Source: a virus
DNA length: 39,136 nucleotides
Direction: 5' to 3' (one strand)
Virus record (IMG/VR): IMGVR_UViG_3300009515_000007
Location: 1 to 39,136 of that record
The notes beneath the pieces are model-generated. The model saw only the letters and a program-made list of their open reading frames with translations. It was not told the origin of the DNA and made no database searches. This document shows positions 15,749 to 22,389 of the stretch, piece after piece. Numbering within the stretch: position 1 is the first letter of the stretch; each line of letters begins with the position of its first letter. A program made the translations under genes and the position numbers.

Positions 15749-15900
15749 CCTACAAAATCCACAAATGCAAACGCTGTAACCACGAATGGCCTAGCAAACA
15801 AAAAGCCCCGCTTATTTGCCCTAAATGTAAATCCCCTTACTGGAATAGAGAAAAAAAGTCTGCCCTCTCCCACCCCACTAAAGAAAAGAAAGATGAGTAA
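15745..15900 (+). CDS. Small zinc-ribbon protein
   Basis: Hand translation MTYKIHKCKRCNHEWPSKQKAPLICPKCKSPYW... has two CxxC pairs. Overlaps both neighbours. Confidence 0.5.
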   Translation: MTYKIHKCKRCNHEWPSKQKAPLICPKCKSPYWNREKKSALSHPTKEKKDE

Positions 15901-16210
15901 AGACACACAAGAGAGAGATAAAGCAGAAAAGTGGGACGGGTTAATTAGATTGTTGCCAAAATACATCTATGAATATGGCACAGATACAGACGACCCAACA
16001 CCACTTGAGGAACTTCCTCCAGAACAAATCCTAGAGATTGTGGCTCATTCTTGGTTTTTAATAGAGATAAACAACAAGGAAGTAAAAGACCGCAAGTTTA
16101 TTACCAAAACCGAGTTTGTCAGCTTACTTCAAGAACTTCAAGGTAAAGTAATGGTACATATCCCCTCACGACAAGTTATCCACAAAGAATACAGCCATGA
16201 GTATATATAA
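15893..16210 (+). CDS. Hypothetical protein
   Basis: 105-aa ORF. Confidence 0.5.
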   Translation: MSKDTQERDKAEKWDGLIRLLPKYIYEYGTDTDDPTPLEELPPEQILEIVAHSWFLIEINNKEVKDRKFITKTEFVSLLQELQGKVMVHIPSRQVIHKEYSHEYI

Positions 16211-16308
16211 AGCAGTAGTTCTTTACTTTTTGGTGGGACTGGTTATTTTTGGGTTACTGGTTGCTAAAAGGTTTTTTGGTATTATCCCCATCTTTCTTCC
16301 ATTCTAAT
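16198..16308 (+). CDS. Small membrane protein
   Basis: Hand translation MSIYKAVVLYFLVGLVIFGLLVAKRFFGIIPIFLPF. Confidence 0.35.
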
Positions 16309-16478
16309 ATACTCAACCTAAGAGCGTACCACGCAGTTAGTATTTGAAGAAGAACTAGACATATAAACCAAAAAATCTCCGCACGACTTTAGGAAGCCCC
16401 CATAATCAAAACAACTTACTCTATTTATGCCTGAATCTACAAGCAAAAAAAACTTCTTTAATTTATTAAATAAGACTG

Positions 16479-16889
16479 TCATATCCGAGAAAGCAAAACC
16501 TCGAAAATAGTATCAATATAAGCCCGATTTATCTCATGTCCCGTCTTAGGAACCAAGATCGGCTTACACTTATGTTCTTTTTTAGTGAAATCAATTAACC
16601 ACTTCTCTTTTTCTCCGAGAATGTAGGTTACTTTATCCGCTTTGACTTTATAATGCTCATCAGGAGTTGGTGAGCATAAAATTAAATGCTTAACTTTATT
16701 TTTCATGGCGTAGTTTATAGCCAAGTTCGCCCCTAATGAAAAGCCGATTAGAGTATCTTTTGTCCTTATAGGTTGTGTTTTAACTTTATTCCAGTCAATT
16801 TCGCACAGCTTAAAATAGCGAGAGACTAACTCCCTTTCTTTCTTCGTGGGCTGTCCTAGCCCGCCTAAAAATAAGTGTTTCTTTTTCAT
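16479..16889 (-). CDS. Small alpha/beta-hydrolase-like protein
   Basis: GFSLGA (a GxSxG nucleophile elbow) and a late KTGHEI His. 136 aa. Its start overlaps the upstream stop (ATGA). Confidence 0.5.
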   Translation of the reverse strand: MKKKHLFLGGLGQPTKKERELVSRYFKLCEIDWNKVKTQPIRTKDTLIGFSLGANLAINYAMKNKVKHLILCSPTPDEHYKVKADKVTYILGEKEKWLIDFTKKEHKCKPILVPKTGHEINRAYIDTIFEVLLSRI

Positions 16890-17279
16890 AATTCTATATC
16901 ACTTTCTACTTCATTACCCCAGACATCCCAGCCTTCCGTTTTTTCTCTGGCAAATAGTTCTATGCGGGGTAAATCTCCATACAATAACTCAATTCTTTTT
17001 CTTACTTCTTCTGGTTTTTGTGAATGTTTTTGTATTTTTTCTTCAACAACTGCTGGTATTTCTCACTCATTTTCCTTTAGTGGGGGCATCACCACCCATT
17101 TCGTAATCATCACCATAAAACTCACTTGTCCATTTTGCATAACCTTTCTCCAGTATTTCCATTCCCCTATCTAGTATTTCATTCTTGGTATCTGCCCCAA
17201 TAACATGAAAGCTTATAATGGCCGAGTTGAAAGCACTCCTTATTGTTTTGCCAAATAATTTTAGTAATATCTTTCTCAT
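16886..17279 (-). pseudogene. Decayed MT-A70-family DNA methyltransferase (frame-disrupted, DPPW motif not found)
   Basis: Minus-strand frame 16886-17062 reads EIPAVVEEKIQKHSQKPEEVRKRIELLYGDLPRIELFAREKTEGWDVWGNEVESDIEL (the MT-A70 C-terminal HSxKP...ELFAR...GWDxWGNE) with no start codon. The 70-aa ORF upstream (17067-17279) is in another frame. Confidence 0.5.
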
Positions 17280-17375
17280 TCTTCTTTATAAAATATCGTA
17301 ACCATCTATCTCTTTTAATTCTTTTTTCTTTTTATTCATCTTTCTTTAATTTAGTAATCCACTAGGCATATTGAT

Positions 17376-17395
17376 GGGGGGATTTTACTCCCCCC
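17376..17395. other. G6/C6 stem-loop just 3' of the DUF397 gene
   Basis: GGGGGG-attttact-CCCCCC. No U-run on the minus-strand transcript. Confidence 0.4.
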
Positions 17396-17402
17396 GTGTG
17401 GT

Positions 17403-17606
17403 TCAGATGCGGAACTGGCCGTGGCGGATGCCCTTGATGAAGGCCTTCCATTCCTCGAACGAGAAGAACAGGGTGGTCTTCTCGGTGTCCTTGCTGTCTC
17501 TGACGGCCACGCCTTCTCTCTTGATGGCGACCATCACGCAGGTCTTCGGGTTGTTCTTCGACCATGCCGACTTCTCGAAATCGCTGTCCGATACGTTGAA
17601 CTTCAT
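17403..17606 (-). CDS. DUF397-domain protein (an actinobacterial-type family) with foreign G+C-rich codon usage
   Basis: KSAWSKNNPKTCVMVAIKREGVAVRDSKDTEKTTLFFSFEEWKAFIKGIRHGQF matches the DUF397 pattern (S.S....CVEVA...V.VRDSKD....L.F...EW.AF....K.G.F). AAGGGA RBS. 60 of 67 codons end in G or C. Confidence 0.8.
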   Translation of the reverse strand: MKFNVSDSDFEKSAWSKNNPKTCVMVAIKREGVAVRDSKDTEKTTLFFSFEEWKAFIKGIRHGQFRI

Positions 17607-17784
17607 CGTGTCCCTTTCTAGCTTTACGCCGTGTCCTTGCTTCTATCCCCAATCTACTTGTCTATACAAAAAAGTCAAGTCTGTTATACTCATGCCGGAA
17701 CAAGCCCGATACGCAAGAACGGCCACAGATAGTTCGTGAAGCCTAGTAAGGCACTTCTAGAGGTATTGGGTGCTTGGAGAACCT

Positions 17785-17997
17785 ATGCGCGCAAAGGTAC
17801 TCCTGCTCTGTGGAAAATGCGGTGGAGTGAGAGGCGTGGATCGCATTCTGGCTAACTCAAAGTCCGTCAGACTCATGGGGCGGTGTGAGCCGTGTCAGGA
17901 GGTAGCAATTTTCACGATCTCGCTTCGGCGAAGACGAACTGGTAGTCCGCCACCAGTAAGGAGGAACCCCAACGCCCTTAGCTCAGTGCAAGGGTAG
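17785..17997 (+). CDS. Possible small zinc-ribbon protein; the 3' third coincides with strong RNA hairpins, so coding status is uncertain
   Basis: A GGAGA RBS lies 4 nt before the ATG. MRAKVLLLCGKCGG...GRCEPCQEVAIFTISL is followed by a low-complexity RRRRTGSPPPVRR tail that overlaps a UUCG-loop hairpin and a perfect 6-bp hairpin. Confidence 0.4.
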   Translation: MRAKVLLLCGKCGGVRGVDRILANSKSVRLMGRCEPCQEVAIFTISLRRRRTGSPPPVRRNPNALSSVQG

Positions 17998-18003
17998 CAT
18001 CAA

Positions 18004-18045
18004 GTGGCTATGCGGGAGAGCCACGCCATCAAATCTCCCGCACCA
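18004..18045 (+). other. Predicted H-type pseudoknot ending in ACCA
   Basis: S1 is GTGGCT (18004-09) pairing with AGCCAC (18019-24). S2 is GCGGGAG (18012-18) pairing with CTCCCGC (18035-41). L1 is 2 nt, L3 is 10 nt, then ACCA. Confidence 0.35.
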
Positions 18046-18105
18046 ACTTAACTTTTTATAAGAAATCTGCTAAAATAACTTTGATGGTAGTAATCTCTCG
18101 GAGAA

Positions 18106-18231
18106 GTGCTTTTAGATACATTTTGGATTTCAATTTTCGTGGTAATATCTTTGTTCAATTTCAAGATCGGCTTGGCCTTATTTTTAATCTGGCTCGCCGG
18201 CTATTTTTATTACGAGTCTATTAATCAATGA
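18106..18231 (+). CDS. Possible small membrane protein (GTG start)
   Basis: Hand translation VLLDTFWISIFVVISLFNFKIGLALFLIWLAGYFYYESINQ. The stop overlaps the next ATG. Confidence 0.3.
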   Translation: MLLDTFWISIFVVISLFNFKIGLALFLIWLAGYFYYESINQ

Positions 18232-18371
18232 AGTGTTGGTACTGTAAGAAAAAACCCAGAAAAGACAAAAACTCCTTATTCTGCCCAGCCTGTGAGAAAA
18301 TTAAAAAGAAAAAAATACACATCACACACGAAGGAAGTGTAACAGTCGGCATTAAAAGAAAACCAATATAA
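18228..18371 (+). CDS. Small zinc-ribbon protein
   Basis: Hand translation MKCWYCKKKPRKDKNSLFCPACEKIKKKK.... Confidence 0.45.
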   Translation: MKCWYCKKKPRKDKNSLFCPACEKIKKKKIHITHEGSVTVGIKRKPI

Positions 18372-18373
18372 AC

Positions 18374-18610
18374 ATGAACGAGTTTACAAACTTTATGAGA
18401 AGCAACTACCTGCCCTTTTTCAATGACACTAAAAAGAAATTAGAGCAGTTGGAGGAAATTAAAAATAAAAATATAGAACTTGAAGACAGAATGACAGAAC
18501 TAGAAAAAGCCCGCAAAGTTCAAATCGGGATCAACACTAAACTCTTAAAGGAAGAAGAAGCTGAACCCGCCCCTAAAAAATCTCTTATAGATAAAATACT
18601 AGGAAGATGA
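18374..18610 (+). CDS. Hypothetical coiled-coil protein
   Basis: 78-aa ORF with an ATGA overlap to the next ORF. Confidence 0.55.
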   Translation: MNEFTNFMRSNYLPFFNDTKKKLEQLEEIKNKNIELEDRMTELEKARKVQIGINTKLLKEEEAEPAPKKSLIDKILGR

Positions 18611-18924
18611 AAGTAAGAATTAAAGGGAAGGAGCTTTTGGACAAGGGTTATCTTTGGGGTGGATTCTTGAACGGCACTCCCGCCCCCGACACCATCACCC
18701 TAGAAGGAGAGGTAGTGGAGGAGAAGTGTAAAATGTGTTGGGCCACAGATGGAAAACACGGCGGGCCCTGCCCCTTCTTCAAGGACTCCCCCTCCCCCAT
18801 AGAGGAAATAGAAATAAAAGGGACACCAGGGAATGATTATCTATTAAAAGTTTTAGATGAAATAGTCCGCAAAATAAACGAAGTTATAAAAGCTGTGAAT
18901 AAGTTAAATGGAAAAACTAATTAA
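18607..18924 (+). CDS. Hypothetical protein with a CxxC...C cluster
   Basis: 105-aa ORF. Confidence 0.55.
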   Translation: MKVRIKGKELLDKGYLWGGFLNGTPAPDTITLEGEVVEEKCKMCWATDGKHGGPCPFFKDSPSPIEEIEIKGTPGNDYLLKVLDEIVRKINEVIKAVNKLNGKTN

Positions 18925-19084
18925 CATTAACTCCGATTCAGCAGTAGAAATCACAAAGGAAATCGTCCCGCTTTTTTGGTTTGACCGCCTTTTACTTCTA
19001 GGTTTAATCCTCCTCGGCCTCGGTGTATTCTTCTACATCCTTAAAAAAGGAAAAGGTATATTGGATTTAACTAAGAGGAGATGA
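18908..19084 (+). CDS. Small membrane protein
   Basis: The hand translation contains LLLLGLILLGLGVFFYIL. The stop overlaps the methyltransferase ATG. Confidence 0.4.
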   Translation: MEKLININSDSAVEITKEIVPLFWFDRLLLLGLILLGLGVFFYILKKGKGILDLTKRR

Positions 19085-20229
19085 CGACTAAGAAGATAAG
19101 TGAACTACGGAATTGGGATAAGAACCCTAGAGGTATAAAAAAGGCGGACTTTGAGAGACTTAAAAAACAAATTAAAAAACTCGGCTTGTATAAACCCTTC
19201 CTCATTACAGAGGACGGAGAAGTCTTAGGGGGAAATATGAGACTCCGGGCCTGTGTTGATCTTGGTATTGAAGAAGCCCCGGTATCAATAGTTAAACCTA
19301 AAAACGAGCAGGAAAAACTAGAATATGCTTTATCAGACAATGACCGGGTAGGTTATTACGAGGAAGACCAACTGGCGGAAATGGCTATGAGTTTTCCTGA
19401 GTTAGAATTAGAGGATTTTAGTATAGATTTAGGCCAGCCCCTATCTTTAAAGGAATTGACGGACAGATATGGCCCTGAACCCGACCCCAGAGACGATGAA
19501 GTACCAGAAAACCCCCCACCAGTCGCCCAAATCGGCGATGTGTGGGCTTTAGGCCGGCATAGGGTAATGTGTGGCGACTCTACCGATAAAGAGGCCGTTT
19601 CTAAGCTAATGGATGGGAAAAAGGCGGATATGGTGTTTTGTGACCCGCCTTACGGAATGAGCTTGGACACAGACTATTCTAAGCTGACAAGCGGTAAGTC
19701 ATTTGCTAGTGGCAAGAGGCACGACAAGGTGATTGGCGATGATGTGGAGTATGACCCAACACACATATTTGAGACCTTTGGGTATTGCAACGAGATACTA
19801 TTATGGGGGGCAGATTATTACAGACGATTTATACCAGATGGAGGGAGTTGGTTTTGTTGGGATAAAAGAGAGGGAGAGAGTGCCGATAAGGGGTTTGGTA
19901 GCAACTTTGAGCTACTGTGGAGTAAGACACCGCACAAGAGGTATATGCTTCGCTATAAGTGGTTTGGGTTTTTCACGGCTGGAGAGAAGCGAGAGTATTT
20001 ACACCCGACACAAAAGCCCGTAGAAATGCTTATCCAAGTCATAAGTCCATACAGCAAGAGTAATGCTTTGGTGGTTGATCTATTTCTCGGCTCTGGCTCC
20101 ACCCTCATAGCAGCAGAAAAGACAGGTCGTATATGCTATGGAATGGAACTAGATCCAAAGTATGTCGATGTTATTATAAAACGCTGGGAAGATTATGCCG
20201 GACAAAAAGCCGAGAAAATTAAAACCTAA
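19081..20229 (+). CDS. ParB-like nuclease domain fused to a DNA methyltransferase (N6A/N4C, beta class)
   Basis: N-terminal ParB-N-like region (NPRGI...LGGNMRLRA). The catalytic VFCDPPYGM comes before the SAM motif DLFLGSGSTLIAAEKTGR. Confidence 0.9.
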   Translation: MTTKKISELRNWDKNPRGIKKADFERLKKQIKKLGLYKPFLITEDGEVLGGNMRLRACVDLGIEEAPVSIVKPKNEQEKLEYALSDNDRVGYYEEDQLAEMAMSFPELELEDFSIDLGQPLSLKELTDRYGPEPDPRDDEVPENPPPVAQIGDVWALGRHRVMCGDSTDKEAVSKLMDGKKADMVFCDPPYGMSLDTDYSKLTSGKSFASGKRHDKVIGDDVEYDPTHIFETFGYCNEILLWGADYYRRFIPDGGSWFCWDKREGESADKGFGSNFELLWSKTPHKRYMLRYKWFGFFTAGEKREYLHPTQKPVEMLIQVISPYSKSNALVVDLFLGSGSTLIAAEKTGRICYGMELDPKYVDVIIKRWEDYAGQKAEKIKT

Positions 20230-20371
20230 TGTAAAGATTGTTGTTTCCGAAACTCCCGAAGCCGAGCCAGACTTTGAGTGTGCAAATTGCGACTTTCGGT
20301 CTTGGAAGGAAGATAAAGCTATCAAACACCAACAAGAAACTAATCACGAACTATGGGTAAAGAGAAAGTAA
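20195..20371 (+). CDS. Small C2H2-like zinc-finger protein bridging the methyltransferase and TerS genes
   Basis: The hand translation contains FECANCDFRSWKEDKAIKHQQETNH (C-x2-C-x12-H-x5-H). Overlaps both neighbours. Confidence 0.4.
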   Translation: MPDKKPRKLKPNVKIVVSETPEAEPDFECANCDFRSWKEDKAIKHQQETNHELWVKRK

Positions 20372-20790
20372 AAAAAACAACTAAGAAAGTAGGTCGCAAG
20401 TGGTTCGACGGCAAAGACGAGCAAATCATCCTTGCGAAACTTAGAGAAACGGCACAATTAGATGCAACAGTAGAGGAATCTTTGTATTACGCAGATATTT
20501 CCCAAGATAGTTATTATAGGTATTTAAAAGCCAATCCTGATTTCGCAAGAGAATTAAAGCGTTTAAGAGAACGGCCTGTTTTAACGGCCAGAACAACTGC
20601 GGTGACTAAATTGAAAGAGTCTTATTCTAACGCTATGGACTACCTTAAAAGAAAGAGAAAGTTAGAGTTTGGCGACAACATAGACGTAACATCAGGGAAT
20701 AAGCCTCTACCGCTTCTGGGTGGTCAATCAATCAATGGCAGTAATAACAACGGGGACAAAAAAGATACTAAACCTCAAAAAGAGGATTAG
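20353..20790 (+). CDS. terS: Terminase small subunit (HTH type)
   Basis: 145 aa, directly upstream of and overlapping TerL. HTH-like DATVEESLYYADISQDSYYRYLKANPDF. Confidence 0.6.
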   Translation: MGKEKVKKTTKKVGRKWFDGKDEQIILAKLRETAQLDATVEESLYYADISQDSYYRYLKANPDFARELKRLRERPVLTARTTAVTKLKESYSNAMDYLKRKRKLEFGDNIDVTSGNKPLPLLGGQSINGSNNNGDKKDTKPQKED

Positions 20791-21946
20791 GGCAGTTGGT
20801 GGCGGAACAGGTGCTTCCAAAACCTACTCTATCTTAATGGTTTTAATAGACTACGCCCAATCAGTAGATGGCGAAAAGGTTGATGTTATTTCTGAAAGTT
20901 ATCCTCACCTAAAAGATGGGGCCATAAAAGACTTTAAGGAAATAATGCTTGATCGCAATTACTGGAACGACAATAGATGGAATGGCACGGAACATACCTA
21001 CACTTTTGAAACCCGCACAGTTATTAAGTTTACTTCTATGGACAAGATAGGAAAGGCACACGGCCCCAGACGAGATGTATTATTTTTAAACGAGGCCAAC
21101 TATCTCCCATACAATATCGCTGACCAGCTTATAACCCGAACAAAGAAGTTTGTCTTCATGGATTGGAACCCGACAACGGAGTTTTGGTACTACACAGAGA
21201 TGGAAGGCCGGCGGGATGATATAGACTTCTTAAAGCTAACTTATTTAGACAACGAGGCTTTGTCGGAAGAAGAACGCAAGGAGATTGAGGCACATAAACA
21301 TAATAAGGCTTGGTGGAATGTTTACGGACTAGGAAATCTAGGAGAAATTGAGGGCATTATTTATAAATCGTGGCGACAGTTAGACGAAATCCCCCACGAA
21401 GCCCGCCTAGAAAGAAGATGGTTAGACTTTGGATACACTAACGACCCATCAGCTATCGGTGAAGTTTATTACTATAACGGGGGCTGGATATTAAACGAGC
21501 TACTTTACAGAAAGGGAATGTCTAATAAGCAACTGGCCGATTTTCTTAATAGTTTAGAAAAACCGGAAACAACAGTAGTGGCCGATAGTGCAGAACCTAA
21601 ATCAATAGATGAAATAAGTTCTTACGGGCTTAACATCGTTCCAAGTCAAAAAGGCAAAGATTCTGTAAACACCGGCATTCAACTTATCCAAGACCAACCT
21701 ATTTCCACTACCAAAAAAAGTGTTAATATAATCAAAGAACAGAGGAATTATTTATGGATGCAGGATAAAAACGGGAAGATATTAAATCAACCCGACCCCG
21801 CTTGTGCCGATCACCACATGGACGGGATAAGGTATGCTCTTTCTACTCTAGGCCGTTTGAAACAGGAAGAGACATACTGGGATCGTATTTTTGAGGATGA
21901 GTTGTCGCCTCGTCCTAAAGGTAAAAGTTTTAATAAGGGACGTTGA
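20735..21946 (+). CDS. terL: Terminase large subunit
   Basis: Walker A GGGTGASKT, DE Walker B context (VLFLNEANY), and a C-terminal RNaseH-like nuclease region with ADHHMDGIRYAL. Confidence 0.9.
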   Translation: MAVITTGTKKILNLKKRIRAVGGGTGASKTYSILMVLIDYAQSVDGEKVDVISESYPHLKDGAIKDFKEIMLDRNYWNDNRWNGTEHTYTFETRTVIKFTSMDKIGKAHGPRRDVLFLNEANYLPYNIADQLITRTKKFVFMDWNPTTEFWYYTEMEGRRDDIDFLKLTYLDNEALSEEERKEIEAHKHNKAWWNVYGLGNLGEIEGIIYKSWRQLDEIPHEARLERRWLDFGYTNDPSAIGEVYYYNGGWILNELLYRKGMSNKQLADFLNSLEKPETTVVADSAEPKSIDEISSYGLNIVPSQKGKDSVNTGIQLIQDQPISTTKKSVNIIKEQRNYLWMQDKNGKILNQPDPACADHHMDGIRYALSTLGRLKQEETYWDRIFEDELSPRPKGKSFNKGR

Positions 21947-22088
21947 GTTTTTGTTGCGGGAGGATATGAAGAAAGGGAAACCAAGTGAAATCATGAATCA
22001 CCTGACGGGCAAATGACAAATCAATGGGTCGCACCTAGTAGGGGGTCTGCCCGCCGAATGCCCTCTTCCCCTCCTCCAACAGAAACTC
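21945..22088 (+). other. Long structured GC-rich element starting at the TerL stop codon
   Basis: The 5' arm GAGTTTTTGTTG.GG.AGGA...GAAG.AAGGG pairs with the 3' arm CCCT.CTTC...TCCTCC.AACAGAAACTC. An inner helix ACGGGCA/TGCCCG is also present. No ORF. Confidence 0.35.
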
Positions 22089-22113
22089 AACATTATAAGT
22101 TTAATAAAGGAAG

Positions 22114-22389
22114 ATGAGTGAATACGACAACATACCATCCGAGGAGTGGATAGATTCCAAAATGATTAACATTCCCACCCCCCGGCCAATTAGACAACCT
22201 AAAGTAGATTGGCCCGTGACTAAGGCCATCGGTACAGGACAGAAGATTTTAGTGGGTGATCCGAGAGTGACTAAGTTAATCGTTAAGTGGAAACAAGAGA
22301 GAGACCCAACATCAGATCGGGCTGATAACTTCCTTAGAGACCCAAAGAAAGTGGAAGAACTTAAAAAGGCTTTGAGTATAAGCTTATGA
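22114..22389 (+). CDS. Hypothetical protein
   Basis: 91-aa ORF with an ATGA overlap to the next ORF. Confidence 0.55.
   Translation: MSEYDNIPSEEWIDSKMINIPTPRPIRQPKVDWPVTKAIGTGQKILVGDPRVTKLIVKWKQERDPTSDRADNFLRDPKKVEELKKALSISL

Noticed and set aside
16846-17174. Plus-strand ORFs 16846-17106 and 16875-17174
   Set aside because: They are shadow frames of the minus-strand hydrolase and MT-A70 remnant, with Phe/Leu-rich low-complexity products.
17362-17739. Alternative-frame ORFs in the G+C-rich island (17362-17652 minus, 17371-17739 plus, 17421-17621 plus)
   Set aside because: High G+C keeps several frames open. Only the 17403-17606 minus frame gives a recognisable domain plus an RBS.
17937-17956. 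16S rRNA-like string CTGGTAGTCC
   Set aside because: The similarity is limited to about 10 nt and is explained by a local perfect hairpin, ACTGGT/ACCAGT.
17974-18045. tRNA or tmRNA gene (TAGCTCAGT-like string, terminal ACCA)
   Set aside because: I could not build an acceptor stem, D-arm or T-arm. There is no TTCGA/TTCRA T-loop flanked by a 5-bp stem and no tag-peptide frame. I kept it only as a pseudoknot observation.
17995-18051. Stop-codon read-through stimulated by the pseudoknot 6 nt after TAG
   Set aside because: Read-through would add only about 17 codons before a TAA. There is no downstream domain to express.
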